Virus record (IMG/VR): IMGVR_UViG_3300028800_000095
DNA: 64,000 bases
Source: an uncultured virus (IMG/VR IMGVR_UViG_3300028800_000095)
Lineage: Duplodnaviria; Heunggongvirae; Uroviricota; Caudoviricetes
Reading direction: 5' to 3' (one strand)
Position numbers and translations under genes: made by a program. Shown one piece after another: positions 1-10,643 of this stretch (within the stretch, counting starts at the first letter, position 1; each line of letters opens with the position of its first letter). The notes below the pieces were generated by a model that had not been told where the DNA came from, searched no databases, and worked only from the letters and a program-made list of their open reading frames with translations.

Positions 1-512
1 AGTTCCGTAGCGAGGGCCTTTAACCGGGAGGACGCGGCTTGGGCGTTCCCCGCATCCGCAAGAACAGAAGAGGCGACAGCTCTCTCCGGAGAGGTAGTCT
101 GCATCATCGTCTTAATCGCAGGCAGAGCCCGAGCCCCGGCATTAGCGGCCAAGCCGGTAGCAGCACCAGCCCCGGCCCCTACGAGGAGGTCAGAGGGTTT
201 CCCCTCCTTGATCGCCTCCGGTACCGCAGCGGCACCCCCTGCCGTTGCCCCGACCGCCGCAGAGCCTACCACGGGATGGGCGGTAATAAACTCCCGCAAG
301 GCACCGAGCCCCCTACTAATGCCCGGGTAGCGTCCTTTAAGCGCCATAGCGCCTGCCCCAAGGGCCGCAGCACCCCCGACCTCTAGCAGCCCCGCGTTAG
401 GACTCCCGTCGCCAGGAGCGGGGGCCTGCGCGTGTTCTGGGGGAGCCGAGGAGGCCGCAGCGACCGCCTTTTCGGTTGACTGCTCGTCGTATTTGTCGAA
501 GTAGTTACCCAT
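1..512 (-). CDS. Ala/Gly-rich putative internal virion/ejection protein, N-terminal part (runs off the window)
   Basis: ATG at 512 overlaps the upstream TAA (TAATG). My translation (MGNYFDKYDEQSTEKAVAAASS...) stays open to position 1. Not in the ORF track. Confidence 0.7.
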   Translation of the reverse strand, partial: MGNYFDKYDEQSTEKAVAAASSAPPEHAQAPAPGDGSPNAGLLEVGGAAALGAGAMALKGRYPGISRGLGALREFITAHPVVGSAAVGATAGGAAAVPEAIKEGKPSDLLVGAGAGAATGLAANAGARALPAIKTMMQTTSPERAVASSVLADAGNAQAASSRLKALATE

Positions 513-1963
513 TACTCTATCTCGCTTGGGAGGTACCCGTACTTAGCCTTAAAGTCATGCAGTAAGGTCGGGTTCTGTTTAAGAATGTCCGGGTTCGATA
601 GATCCGATACTGCAGCGGCTGGGGCCGGGTTTAACTCGTAGGCCGTGCGAGGCAGGATTCTAGCACGCCACTCGCTATCGACCATCGCGTGGTGAGCATC
701 GTAGGCCGGGGTACCTTCGTCGAAAGTCGGCATACCCATTCCGGCATAGAATTGGTTTTTCAGGTTATTCATTCGAGGAACAAGCATCGAGCGGTAGGCT
801 TTCGTAACTGCGTGGGTTACCGGACCCGAGAAGTCTCTACTGACCTTATGCCCCGCCTCCTCACGTTCGTTAACTCCACTTGTTTGAGATACGGCGTTCG
901 CGATCTCGCTTCCAACGAAGGTCTTAATGGCATCGTAAACGGCAGGAGCCGCCTCGCCTGTCTGCACCCCTAGGAAATTACCAAGACGGTTAAGCTGTTT
1001 AATGTCGTTATTGTGCAACGCATCAGCCGCCTGATCTAAGATGTGCATGTGGCTAATGGCGAGATTTAGGGAACTAAGCTTGCCCCCGCTGCTGTTAGGT
1101 GCCGAGGAGGTAAACTCCTTTCGGGTTTGGTTTATCTGGTTGTAGATGCCCTCCTGGTAGTTCGGGTACTTCTGCATCACGGCATTCATCGTCTCCATTG
1201 CACCAGGCTTAGTCAAAGCGTACTGACTAAACCCTGGCATATGGTAGGTTCCGATAGGGTCAACCATCCCTAGGTTCGGTGGGAGTTGATCGGAGAACGG
1301 CTCTCCTTGCGGGGTCGTGGTTCGGGCTACGGGGTCGAAGAGGACTCGCTGCTTCATACCCCCTCCAACATCGATGACCTTAAGCTGGGTGTGAGTTACC
1401 CCTCCCGGTGCCTTATCGGGAGCCGCTTCAACTCCGAGGGCCTTAACAGCGAACTTGTCCGCTCCCTGCTCGTGCAGTTTCTGCAACGCCATTTTTGCAT
1501 CGAGGCTCTTTGCATCGATCCCGTAGAGCTGTTTAGAGAGATCAACCCCACCGAGCGCCTGTTGCTGTTGGAATTCCCGCTCCTTCTCTAGCTCGTTTTT
1601 CTGCTCCCCTGCGACGTTCGCTAAGGTATCCCCGAAGCGACCGGTACGAGTAGGCGATAACCAGGCTTGAGCCATAGCTAGCTGGTTTTCTCTCGGTGTC
1701 GGCTGTAGGGCCGAGAGCTTATCCCGCGCATCCCGAAGCGCCTGCTTAACGCTCTCGGCATTAGCATTCATGCTAGAGAGGATGTCCTGCTCCCCCGCTT
1801 GGGTTGCTCCTGACTGGTACTTCTTTAGGAAAGCCGAAGCATCAGCCTTCGCCTCCTTAGTACTCGACTGCGGCTGTAGGAGCTGAGCTAACGCTCCCCC
1901 GCCACTCGGACTCTCGTCCGGGCCTTCGTCCTCGTCATCATCAATTAAGCTAGGGTCTGCCAT
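512..1963 (-). CDS. Putative DNA ejection/internal virion protein
   Basis: 483 aa, helical and Gln/Ala-rich; lies after the tail genes in a podovirus-type gene order. Confidence 0.6.
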   Translation of the reverse strand: MADPSLIDDDEDEGPDESPSGGGALAQLLQPQSSTKEAKADASAFLKKYQSGATQAGEQDILSSMNANAESVKQALRDARDKLSALQPTPRENQLAMAQAWLSPTRTGRFGDTLANVAGEQKNELEKEREFQQQQALGGVDLSKQLYGIDAKSLDAKMALQKLHEQGADKFAVKALGVEAAPDKAPGGVTHTQLKVIDVGGGMKQRVLFDPVARTTTPQGEPFSDQLPPNLGMVDPIGTYHMPGFSQYALTKPGAMETMNAVMQKYPNYQEGIYNQINQTRKEFTSSAPNSSGGKLSSLNLAISHMHILDQAADALHNNDIKQLNRLGNFLGVQTGEAAPAVYDAIKTFVGSEIANAVSQTSGVNEREEAGHKVSRDFSGPVTHAVTKAYRSMLVPRMNNLKNQFYAGMGMPTFDEGTPAYDAHHAMVDSEWRARILPRTAYELNPAPAAAVSDLSNPDILKQNPTLLHDFKAKYGYLPSEIE

Positions 1964-1965
1964 GA

Positions 1966-2970
1966 TTAGCCGCCACTCGGGTTAAGGAGGTTATAGAGCC
2001 CCAGAGACTGCGAGAGCGGGGAAGCACCGTAACTTGGTGCATACCCTGTCTGAGCACTCGTTGAGCTTCCCGGTACCGTAGTCGGTGTCGCAGTCCCCGA
2101 GAGGATCTGGGAGAGGTAACCGAGCTGTTGATACGGGTACTGCTGCTGGTTCTGGAAGTTCTGGTAACCGACGTTAAGGTTCTGCTGATTAAGTCCTTGC
2201 TGCTCTGCTCCGACCGTATCGAGTGCAGCCGCACCCTGCAAGCCGAGCGCTTGACCGGTCTGGGAGAGCGATCCGAGCTGAGAGGCCCCCTGCAACCCGA
2301 GGACACCCTGCTCGTATCCGAGACCACCGAGGGTCTGTCCGAGCGCACCGGTTGCCTGCCCAGCGGCGAGTCCCGTCTGCTGTGCGTTCGTGTACGCTTG
2401 GGAGAGAGCGGACCCCGCCGTATCTTGGATATTCTGCGTGATCTGCGCGGCCCCCTGGTTTTGGGCTCTCGTGTTCGCACTCGATCCCGCCTGCCCTGCC
2501 GCCGCGTACTGCTGGTTAATCGAGGGCTGGAGGGTGTTATTCCAGTACTGAGTAGCCTGGTCCTCCGCCTGCTTGATAACGTTGTTCGTATACGGATTTA
2601 GCTGTGCAGCCGTAGGAGCTACTGCATTATTGATATAGCTCGAAGCCTGTGGCACAAAACTCTGAGCTTGTGTTAGCGCCCCCGGGGTTGCCGAGGAGCT
2701 TGCTAACCCTATCGCCTGGTTTAGGGGGCTCTGGTACTGGCCCTGAAGGTTCTGTACCTCGCTCTGCGCCTGCGTCTGCGGGTCCGTAAACCCCGCGACT
2801 TGGGGACCCCCATAAGGCTGATATGGTTGCCCCGCTAGCGCCGCTGCCTGCCCTAAGATGCCCTGGCTATACTCCTGCAACCACGTCGGGACTTGAGACG
2901 ACGATGTCCCGTAGTTCGTGGTCGAGGTCGGAGCCTGACCTTGGAATAAGAAGTCGAGAACGGAACTCAT
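1966..2970 (-). CDS. Putative DNA ejection/pilot protein (Gln/Ala/Gly-rich)
   Basis: 334 aa with PYQPYGGPQVAGFT and QQQYPYQQL motifs typical of podovirus DNA-transfer proteins; position in the module. Confidence 0.6.
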   Translation of the reverse strand: MSSVLDFLFQGQAPTSTTNYGTSSSQVPTWLQEYSQGILGQAAALAGQPYQPYGGPQVAGFTDPQTQAQSEVQNLQGQYQSPLNQAIGLASSSATPGALTQAQSFVPQASSYINNAVAPTAAQLNPYTNNVIKQAEDQATQYWNNTLQPSINQQYAAAGQAGSSANTRAQNQGAAQITQNIQDTAGSALSQAYTNAQQTGLAAGQATGALGQTLGGLGYEQGVLGLQGASQLGSLSQTGQALGLQGAAALDTVGAEQQGLNQQNLNVGYQNFQNQQQYPYQQLGYLSQILSGTATPTTVPGSSTSAQTGYAPSYGASPLSQSLGLYNLLNPSGG

Positions 2971-2971
2971 G

Positions 2972-5395
2972 TTACTTCCCCTTCCCCAGATAAGCCAAGG
3001 GCTCTTTAGCCTTCATAAATTGTTTGCCTTTCACGAGGGACTTCCCCGCGTGCTTGCGAACCTGCTCCCGTAACTGATCGAGCTTTCGTGCCCCGGCATC
3101 ATTAGACCCGTTACCGAGCATCGAGACGGTGCCACCGTCCATAACGTATTCACCCCCGGAGAGCTTTGCGTTAACCTCGTCAGAGGTTCCGTCCCCATAG
3201 CCAGGGTCATCGACGTACCCCTCTCCCTCATGCATTCCAGAGGACTGACTTAAAGCTCCACCTCCCTTGGCCTTTAAAATAGGGGAAGAGCCAGGGCCTC
3301 CTGGTATCCCCCCCATATAAGGAGCAAGCTGCATGTTTGGTGTCCCGGCGGTCGTGGAAGAAGCGGCCGTAGGCGAGGCGGGAGAAACACCAGAAACAGC
3401 GGGGAGCTGGTTATTAGAGAAGAAGGTCTGTTCCGGCCCCTCTCCATATTTATACCATTGTTCAGGAGTCCAATTCGAAGTGGTCGGGCCTACGTACTGC
3501 CGGGAGTAGTTAGGCACCGAGAACGGGGTCGAGGGAGGCCCGTACCCAGCCGGGGGTGTGGTTGAGGGTTGGGTAGCATTCCCACTACCGGAGGACTTGC
3601 CCCCTAGCGAGGCGATGATCGGTGCGAGAGACGCAGCCGTTAACCCTAACTGGGATAAGGTCTGCGCCGTGCTCGGAGAGAGACCAAGCTTTCCTAGGAG
3701 GCTAGCGAGAGCCCCGCTCGCTCCCTTCCCCCCGCTGCTTGACGAGGTCAAATTGCTGCTAGGCAACTGCTGTAACTGGGAGAGCAGGTTAGGATCTAGT
3801 TGGGAGGCGCTTTGCAAATTCGGATCACTAAAGGACGGTGCGTTGCTAAAGAGCCCTAGGGAGTCTAGGTTACTAGAATCCATTACCTGGGTGCCGTCCC
3901 GTAAGGCCTGAGCGTTATAGTTAGCGGGCAGATCCCCGCTGGAACTAAAAGTCCCGAGGTCTAACGGGGAAGAGTTGTCAAAGATGCTAGAGAGGTCTAG
4001 GCTACTAGCGGGTGAATACGAGTTATCGAAACTAAAGGAGTCATCGACACTCCCGCCGTCATCGAAACTCTTTAACTTCTTCTTCATATGTCCACCTTGT
4101 GCCATGACGGGTCTCTGGGCTATCGGAGTTGGTTGCTGGGGCTCTAGGGAGGGCTGTGTCTGCATTTGAATCGAGCCGGGACGTTGTGCCTGCAAATACT
4201 GCTGTATCAAAGCAGAGGAGGGAACTACCCCGGCCGCAGTCGCAGACCCCATGTTCGCGGGAGTAGAGGGCGGCTGCGCTTGGGCTGCCCTGCTAGCCGC
4301 CAGAGACGCCTGCATCTCAGGGGTCATTCCCGCATAGGTAGGCAGCGTCGTGTCGATCTGCCCCTTGATGCCAATGGGGGTCGTGTTATCCAAGGTACCA
4401 TTCGTGTAATCCCCGATCAGGTTCTGGATTGCTCCCGAGAGGACCCCACCTACTCCGTTGTCAGGACCTACGATCCCCTGCCCGTTCGTTCTCTGGGTGA
4501 TATACGGGTTAATGACCGAGGAGTAGATGTCCGCAGCCGATTCTCCGGGCTTGATCGTTCCGGCACTGTAGCCCGAGTTGATCTGGTTAGCAATGTCGTT
4601 AAGGAACGACCCCTCCTGCATCCGTCCCCAAGTCTGTTCGATAGGCTCCGAATGCCCCGGGGTATTGTTCTTCGCATCGAAGATACCAGCGAGGGTCTCC
4701 ATCGACTGCTGAGGGGTAAGAGTCGAGAGCGCCCCTTGGGCCTTGGTCGGGTCCTGGTTATACGCCTGCGTGTATTGAGGGATAAGACTATTAACGGCGT
4801 CCGTCTCCGGGTCGTGTTTGCCTCCCCCGAAAGCCGAAGAGAGGGCTCCGATGGCCCCACCCGCCAGTCCCCCGATGACCGTCCCTACGGGGCCTACGAG
4901 AGAGCCAACCGAGGCTCCGGTCTCTGCACCAGAGAGGGCGTCGGGACCGGTAGCACCAGACTGCCAGTTCTTACCGAAGTTGTAGAGGGAGAGAGCCGCA
5001 CCAAGCGGACCTGCTACGTCTCCTAAGCCTTGAGATAGCGCGGTGTTTCCCGCCATCTGGGCTCCGTACTGACCTAATCGTAGTGCATCAACCCCTGCCT
5101 GACCGTACCCGGAGACGCCACCCTGCTCTAACCCGGTGTAGAGACCGAGACCCGAGCCTAGCGCACCCCCGGCTTGGCTTAACCCTGGGCTGTTTGTAAG
5201 CAACCCTCCGAGCTTCGCCGCATTAGCAGCCGCAATAGCGTCCCCTAGGGGAGTCCCCGCGTGCAGGCCGCCATAGATGCTTAGAGCGTCACTCGCCCCG
5301 CTAAGGGCAGTGCCTACTCCGTTATTATTCGAGGTAGGAGGAGCCCCAGAGCCGGTCGGGTAGGGAATGGTAGGCTGGTAATCGGTAGAGCTCAT
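2972..5395 (-). CDS. Putative DNA ejection protein with glycine zippers
   Basis: Start reassigned to MSSTDY (ATGA overlap at 5392-5395). Gly-zipper segments and a C-terminal GDGTSD..AKLS.GEYV motif. Confidence 0.6.
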   Translation of the reverse strand: MSSTDYQPTIPYPTGSGAPPTSNNNGVGTALSGASDALSIYGGLHAGTPLGDAIAAANAAKLGGLLTNSPGLSQAGGALGSGLGLYTGLEQGGVSGYGQAGVDALRLGQYGAQMAGNTALSQGLGDVAGPLGAALSLYNFGKNWQSGATGPDALSGAETGASVGSLVGPVGTVIGGLAGGAIGALSSAFGGGKHDPETDAVNSLIPQYTQAYNQDPTKAQGALSTLTPQQSMETLAGIFDAKNNTPGHSEPIEQTWGRMQEGSFLNDIANQINSGYSAGTIKPGESAADIYSSVINPYITQRTNGQGIVGPDNGVGGVLSGAIQNLIGDYTNGTLDNTTPIGIKGQIDTTLPTYAGMTPEMQASLAASRAAQAQPPSTPANMGSATAAGVVPSSALIQQYLQAQRPGSIQMQTQPSLEPQQPTPIAQRPVMAQGGHMKKKLKSFDDGGSVDDSFSFDNSYSPASSLDLSSIFDNSSPLDLGTFSSSGDLPANYNAQALRDGTQVMDSSNLDSLGLFSNAPSFSDPNLQSASQLDPNLLSQLQQLPSSNLTSSSSGGKGASGALASLLGKLGLSPSTAQTLSQLGLTAASLAPIIASLGGKSSGSGNATQPSTTPPAGYGPPSTPFSVPNYSRQYVGPTTSNWTPEQWYKYGEGPEQTFFSNNQLPAVSGVSPASPTAASSTTAGTPNMQLAPYMGGIPGGPGSSPILKAKGGGALSQSSGMHEGEGYVDDPGYGDGTSDEVNAKLSGGEYVMDGGTVSMLGNGSNDAGARKLDQLREQVRKHAGKSLVKGKQFMKAKEPLAYLGKGK

Positions 5396-5619
5396 AGAGG
5401 TACTGCCTGGATAAAGCGCATAGCCCACTCCCTCCAATCACCAAAGTGGCGGGGGTCCGGGGGATGGAATTGGGAGATCTTCGTACTCGACGAAACACTT
5501 ATCGCCCACCGCTGCCAGTCATGCTCCGAGAGGAGCGTAGGAACAGTAACTAGCTGCCCTAGATCCAGAGCGGTCAAGTCGCACCAATCCTTGACGTTAA
5601 GGCCTCTCGGGTCTATCAC
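5392..5619 (-). CDS. Small hypothetical tail-region protein (Trp-rich)
   Basis: 75 aa with coupled overlaps on both sides. Confidence 0.7.
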   Translation of the reverse strand: MIDPRGLNVKDWCDLTALDLGQLVTVPTLLSEHDWQRWAISVSSSTKISQFHPPDPRHFGDWREWAMRFIQAVPL

Positions 5620-7139
5620 GATGAGTACCTCCCGTCCGTTTCCTCGATGTGCGCGAGGGTGTGACCGAGGTAGTAGTCACCTCCGGGAGTGTTCGACTCG
5701 ATTTGGAAAGCAAGTAACCGCGCGTTCTCCTTTAGGTAAACGAGCTGGGTATCCGGCGTCGTTACTACCGCTGGAACGACCTTCGGCACCGAAGCGCTCT
5801 GAGACAACGTCGCATTCGCTCTCTGGTAGACGGTTAGAGTCAAATCCCCCGTCTGCCCAAAGTCAGGCTCCACGAGAGAGACGCCTAGCGCCTTATCCTT
5901 TGGCTGCGGAGCTACGAGCGGGGACATCTCCGTGGTCTTAAAGTACGAACGGATAGGGGTGATCTGCCCGTTCTGGTTTTTATCCAGTCCGGTCTCGTGC
6001 TGCCAAAGAGTAAATCCGGTCTCTGTTTCGTCGAGGTCCGTCATGTAAGGCTTGTTAAACGTGCGCGGGGAAGTACCCGAGGTACGTCCTAGGTCCGGAA
6101 GTGGCGTATCATACCAAACTCCTAACTGGGTGTTATAGATCACGGCATGGTTGCATTCCGTCGAGGACCCGAATGGGAAGCACCACCAGATCTCGCAAGC
6201 GGCCTGAACCTTAATGGCGAAGACCTTTTGACGGTACTGGAAATTTAGGTTCTTAAAGAAGAAGTCCAGATTCTGGGTATTCGGTAACTCCCGAACGATG
6301 CCGTTAAACATCGAGAAGTGATCGACCTCGGGCCAGTAGTAGATCCCGTCGAACTCTACGATGGCGCTAGAGGAGAGGACCGAGGTGTCGCTAGAGATCG
6401 TGTTAAAGTTAAACGGGATGCCCGCGAGCAACGCCGCGTTGTAGGTTGCTACGATAAGCTCGGACATTGACCAGAGGATCATCGCGGGCCCACCGGACCC
6501 GTTGCGCAGGGGCAGGCCCTTTACGATCTTTTGGTCTGATACGAAAGCCGAATTAGGAGCAGTAGTAACATTGTTGATGGCCGAGACATCGATACGACCG
6601 AAGTTACCGTATCCGATCAGGTAAGGAGAAACAGCAACGACGCCCCCGCTAACAGGGTCCATTCCTGAGGCGACTAAGGGAGTAGCCGCATTGACATCTC
6701 CGTAGTAGATCGGGGTCTCTGTAAGACTCGTGATCTCCGCTAGGTTAGGAGACCCGTTAGCTACTAGCACCGTTTGTCCGGAGGCCGTGTTATAAAAGGT
6801 GTCGAACTGCCAGAGGTTATTCGCATTAACAGCGAACCCAGCCGGAGTACGGTCATTCTGCGCCCCGGGGTTACCGAACTGGTCTGACTGGATCTGCTCT
6901 AAGAACGACTCGGAACCTAAGTGCAGGTAATTGATCCCCCCGAAGAAGTAGGCATCCATCCCGTAGACCTTCTCCGGGAGTTGAGAGGTGATGCTCTTAT
7001 ATCCTGCGATCTTTCGAGGCAGAGCACGGCGGGAAAACCGGCACCATTGCCCGTCCTTATACTCGTCGCCTTCCAGCAGGGTACCGTCCCGTTTGATACC
7101 AGGCTTCGAGATGATTCTAACTGGGGTTGGGGCTGTCAT
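5616..7139 (-). CDS. Tail tubular/nozzle (packaged-DNA stabilisation-like) protein
   Basis: Start reassigned to MTAPTP, just after the upstream stop. Beta-rich, about 507 aa, EIWWCFP motif, podovirus position. Confidence 0.65.
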   Translation of the reverse strand: MTAPTPVRIISKPGIKRDGTLLEGDEYKDGQWCRFSRRALPRKIAGYKSITSQLPEKVYGMDAYFFGGINYLHLGSESFLEQIQSDQFGNPGAQNDRTPAGFAVNANNLWQFDTFYNTASGQTVLVANGSPNLAEITSLTETPIYYGDVNAATPLVASGMDPVSGGVVAVSPYLIGYGNFGRIDVSAINNVTTAPNSAFVSDQKIVKGLPLRNGSGGPAMILWSMSELIVATYNAALLAGIPFNFNTISSDTSVLSSSAIVEFDGIYYWPEVDHFSMFNGIVRELPNTQNLDFFFKNLNFQYRQKVFAIKVQAACEIWWCFPFGSSTECNHAVIYNTQLGVWYDTPLPDLGRTSGTSPRTFNKPYMTDLDETETGFTLWQHETGLDKNQNGQITPIRSYFKTTEMSPLVAPQPKDKALGVSLVEPDFGQTGDLTLTVYQRANATLSQSASVPKVVPAVVTTPDTQLVYLKENARLLAFQIESNTPGGDYYLGHTLAHIEETDGRYSS

Positions 7140-7140
7140 G

Positions 7141-9123
7141 TTAAACCCAGAACGGCATCCAGCCGACACCCAGACCCTGCACGGCCACCCGAACCCAAGC
7201 AACGGGTTGAGCTCCTACCCCGGGGTATGTGGCCCCGCCGATGGAGGCAACACCACCTCCGGTGGCGGTATAGGGGAGATCGAGGTTTAGGGCAACGGGG
7301 TTGGCAGCAGTGGCGAAAAGGCGCATAGCTGTTTGCCCAATCCCCGCAGTAGCAAGATTCAGGGTAGGATTAAGAGCCCCGTTAGCGGAAGCTATGGTAA
7401 GAGAGGACCCGCCTACGGGGGGGGAGCCGATAAACATCCCGGAGGGAGCGATAAGGAGACGCGAGGAGACGGCCGTATTGTCATAGACCTCCCAGATGCC
7501 TCCACCCGAGATACCTACTCCCGCGTAGTAAGACCGCCCGGAATTACCATCCAGGTAATTAGCATATGCTCCGTGACCAGCTGAACCTAGGAGCTGGAGC
7601 TGAGGACTGCCCGCCGCATCACCCTGTACGGATAGAGTGGTACCTGCGGTAGCTCCATTAATGAGAATATTCCCGGTTCCCCCGATGGTTATTCGCGCTG
7701 CATTGTTTGTTACGAGGCTAAACGGTATCGCCTGAGCGGGCCCCATCCCGAATTGTTCCCCCGTCGGGCCGTTGGAGAAGGGACTTGCTGTATACCCAAC
7801 AGAGGTAAGAGTCAAGTTAACGAAGTGAGGTCCGTCGTTATAAAAATAGGCGCTTATGTCCCCGATGACTCCGCTGGTCCCAGGTCCCGCGTTCCAGGCC
7901 TGAGCACCGTTTAAATTAGCCTGGAAAAGACCTGCTTGGAATAGGCCACCTACGTTTAGGGTTGCACCGCTGGAGGACGCCGGGATGCTAAATTGCCCGG
8001 TACCCGACTGGTAGGTCATCGAACTACCGCCGAAGGCACCCGCATTGTTGTACTGTACCTGGGTATTAGCTCCTCCCGCCGTTGCGGCCGGGATAGACAC
8101 TGCGTTGATGACGTTCGTGCCATCGCAGTACAGAATTGCCCTATTACCCTGAGCTACTAGAACGGGAGCACCACCGGCGCTGAATCCTAGCGTAAAGGCT
8201 CCCGAAGTTTCATTATCTACCCAGTACTGCTGAATCGACCCTGGAACGATCACGGTCACGTTACCCGCGAGGGCTCCGGTAAACCGGTAGGAGATCCGAT
8301 TAAGTTGGGCTCCGGAGAGTACGTAGTTGCCGGGACCGACTCCGCCTAGGGAGATCTGCACGAAGTTAAAGGTAGAGACCACCGAGCGTCCGAACCCTAG
8401 GGTGACGAAGTTAATCCCGTCCGTAACGATGATGGCAGAATCAAAGGGCTGAAAGACTTGAGAGGCCGCTCCATTGATCGTCCCCGAGGGAGGCGTAACT
8501 GTTAGGGTACCGGTGCCCGAGTTCTGCACATAGGCGAACCACCCGGAACCTACGGTAGCCGGGTTAGGGAGAGTAAAGACACCACCGGAGCCTCCGGTCC
8601 ATTCGATCAGGGAAGCGCGATCTTGCAGAGGGCCAGAACCTATGACGTAGTTCGCACTCTGCTGGTTGATATTAATATTTTCATTCAGAGTAGTAGAGAT
8701 CGCCTTTAAGCCTGCCCCGGCAAGAGCCCCGGCATTCGCACTAGAGACCCCTGCACCGAATTGGAATACTCGCCACGTCCCGGCCTGCGTCGAATTATCG
8801 GCTAGGTAGATCTGCCAGACCTGCCCCGAGGGAACTACCATTAACGTGTTTCCGAGATTATCGGTAACCGTAAAGGAATTCGCCCCGACGTTATTAAACA
8901 GAGCGCAATAGCCCGTCGAGGATTCGCGGGCATCGTCTAGCCGAAGGGAGAGGCCCACAGCGGTCGCTGTGATATCTAAGATCTCGGCTAGGACTGGTTG
9001 CCCACCTGCGGTAAGCTCGGTAGGCCACCCAAGCAGGATATTGGTCGAAACCGTCAGAGGGATATAGGTCGGCAACGCCGGGGCGATGTTGTTGCCCCCG
9101 AAGACTGTTTGAAAAGAACCCAT
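7141..9123 (-). CDS. Tail fibre/appendage protein (no signal peptide)
   Basis: 660 aa, Gly/Ser/Thr-rich beta repeats (TLPNPATVGSGWF..QNSGTGTLTV; QVQYNNAGAFGG). Confidence 0.6.
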   Translation of the reverse strand: MGSFQTVFGGNNIAPALPTYIPLTVSTNILLGWPTELTAGGQPVLAEILDITATAVGLSLRLDDARESSTGYCALFNNVGANSFTVTDNLGNTLMVVPSGQVWQIYLADNSTQAGTWRVFQFGAGVSSANAGALAGAGLKAISTTLNENININQQSANYVIGSGPLQDRASLIEWTGGSGGVFTLPNPATVGSGWFAYVQNSGTGTLTVTPPSGTINGAASQVFQPFDSAIIVTDGINFVTLGFGRSVVSTFNFVQISLGGVGPGNYVLSGAQLNRISYRFTGALAGNVTVIVPGSIQQYWVDNETSGAFTLGFSAGGAPVLVAQGNRAILYCDGTNVINAVSIPAATAGGANTQVQYNNAGAFGGSSMTYQSGTGQFSIPASSSGATLNVGGLFQAGLFQANLNGAQAWNAGPGTSGVIGDISAYFYNDGPHFVNLTLTSVGYTASPFSNGPTGEQFGMGPAQAIPFSLVTNNAARITIGGTGNILINGATAGTTLSVQGDAAGSPQLQLLGSAGHGAYANYLDGNSGRSYYAGVGISGGGIWEVYDNTAVSSRLLIAPSGMFIGSPPVGGSSLTIASANGALNPTLNLATAGIGQTAMRLFATAANPVALNLDLPYTATGGGVASIGGATYPGVGAQPVAWVRVAVQGLGVGWMPFWV

Positions 9124-9126
9124 GAC

Positions 9127-9864
9127 CTAATCCTCCTTTCTAACCGAAGCTCTATCGACCACGCGAGTTAGGTCCTCGGTTCCTAGACCGGTCACGGCTT
9201 CCTCATACATCTCCTTCCAAACAGAGATACGCTCATCGTTTTTTAGGAATGGGGTGCATTCTAGGAGAGCCCGGTACAGCAGGGTCTCGGGGGCAAAATC
9301 CGTCCAGAAGTTTGTCTGGTTGGTACTATCGAGCAGGTTCGGTAATCCATAGTAGTTAATCTCCCAGGCATAGTCGATGTCGGGAGTCGGGACTATCAAC
9401 CAATGCTTATAGTCGTAGTCCGCATAGAATTCGGGGGGACCCGTCTGGGTAGAGTCCGGCCAGTAGGATCGGCAATACTCATACGAGCGAGCGAAGAGCG
9501 GCACCCGCTGATTCTGGTTATCTATCCCAAGAGAACTAACCTCGTCGATAGTTCCAGGACCGTCGATGGTTATTGGGCTATCCACGGTATCAGAATTCGA
9601 GCCTGCGGCACCGACACCGTAGTTCATCGAAGTAGTGCGACGCCATCCAGAGGGTTTAGCGTAGACCGGGACCCCTACCGTTAGGACAGAGGTCACCGGG
9701 ATTATCATGCCCGTGATTTTCAACCTACGCGCTATGGCCCTCTCCGCTAAGTTGATTAGACTCGGCAGTTGGTTATAGACAGTAGGGTCCGTAGAAGGAC
9801 CGCCACGCTCCAAATACGACTGAAGCGTTTTGATCAAACTCGTGAAAGTCAGGGCAGTGGCCAT
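9127..9864 (-). CDS. Tail tubular protein A / head-tail adaptor-like
   Basis: 245 aa; INLAERAIAR, P..YA, PTPD..Y and LLYRALLE pattern typical of adaptor proteins. Confidence 0.65.
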   Translation of the reverse strand: MATALTFTSLIKTLQSYLERGGPSTDPTVYNQLPSLINLAERAIARRLKITGMIIPVTSVLTVGVPVYAKPSGWRRTTSMNYGVGAAGSNSDTVDSPITIDGPGTIDEVSSLGIDNQNQRVPLFARSYEYCRSYWPDSTQTGPPEFYADYDYKHWLIVPTPDIDYAWEINYYGLPNLLDSTNQTNFWTDFAPETLLYRALLECTPFLKNDERISVWKEMYEEAVTGLGTEDLTRVVDRASVRKED

Positions 9865-10070
9865 TACGCCGCCTTATCCTGCGCTTCCGGTGGTACGGGA
9901 GGCGGAGGAGTAGGCAGAAGCGATACACGATTCGCTAAGATCATCCGTTGCTTCTCCTGCTGGATCTGCTGAATGACCCCGAAGACGAAGTTTAACTGGT
10001 TGCCCTTAACGACCAGGGCCTCCGAGGTCAACAGCGCTTCGATACTGTTAAGAGTTTCAAGAGATAACAT
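9864..10070 (-). CDS. Hypothetical protein
   Basis: 68 aa, coupled to its neighbours, AGGAG SD. Confidence 0.55.
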   Translation of the reverse strand: MLSLETLNSIEALLTSEALVVKGNQLNFVFGVIQQIQQEKQRMILANRVSLLPTPPPPVPPEAQDKAA

Positions 10071-10641
10071 TTTTGCTCCTTAGACGTTGGGTGAGGAAAG
10101 GACCCCACTCTTTTAGTTTCTCAGGTGTGAAAAAGTCGCTATGTCCGGAAACCACCGGCATCCCTTTCGTGATATCGCAATGGAAGTTCTGGATAGCTGG
10201 GTCGTTACCGACGTAACCGGTATGGCCTAGCTCTCCCCACTCCTCATCTACGATATGAGCCTTCTCCGCAAACTTGGCAACCTCGGTTATGCGATCCCCG
10301 CTGTTGCAGTAGACATCGATAAACTCGCACTTGTCGGGACGACGGATAGCGGACTGTAAAGCACCGTTAATGAACACGGCCCCCCTTACCGGGGCTCCCT
10401 GCAACAGTAAGTGGTAAGCAATCGCGCAGCCGTTAGAATGGCCTACGAGAATATCACCGGGCTCGATGTATGGAAGGAGAACCCCCTCGACTGCTGGGTT
10501 TAGCAACCGAGTCTCCACGGCGAGTTCATACCCGTACTCTGGGTAACGGGCATCGAAACCCGCATCCATCAAGTAGACGAGCAACCCCCGAACGGGGCTG
10601 TCTGGTGAGGTATGAATGCCGTGGATAAGGTGGACTTTCAT
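10057..10641 (-). CDS. Alpha/beta-hydrolase (esterase/lipase-like)
   Basis: LIHGI oxyanion strand, GHSNG nucleophile elbow, candidate Asp (SGD) and His (GHT/GHS). Confidence 0.75.
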   Translation of the reverse strand: MKVHLIHGIHTSPDSPVRGLLVYLMDAGFDARYPEYGYELAVETRLLNPAVEGVLLPYIEPGDILVGHSNGCAIAYHLLLQGAPVRGAVFINGALQSAIRRPDKCEFIDVYCNSGDRITEVAKFAEKAHIVDEEWGELGHTGYVGNDPAIQNFHCDITKGMPVVSGHSDFFTPEKLKEWGPFLTQRLRSKNVIS

Positions 10642-10643
10642 GG

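Noticed and set aside
2972..3300. Tape-measure protein call from the GDGTSD..LS.GEYV motif
   Set aside because: No tail tube, sheath or tail-chaperone genes recognised; the gene order fits a short-tailed phage.
4166..5026. 286-aa plus-strand ORF, and similarly 21839-22705
   Set aside because: Arg-rich antisense frames of well-supported minus-strand genes.
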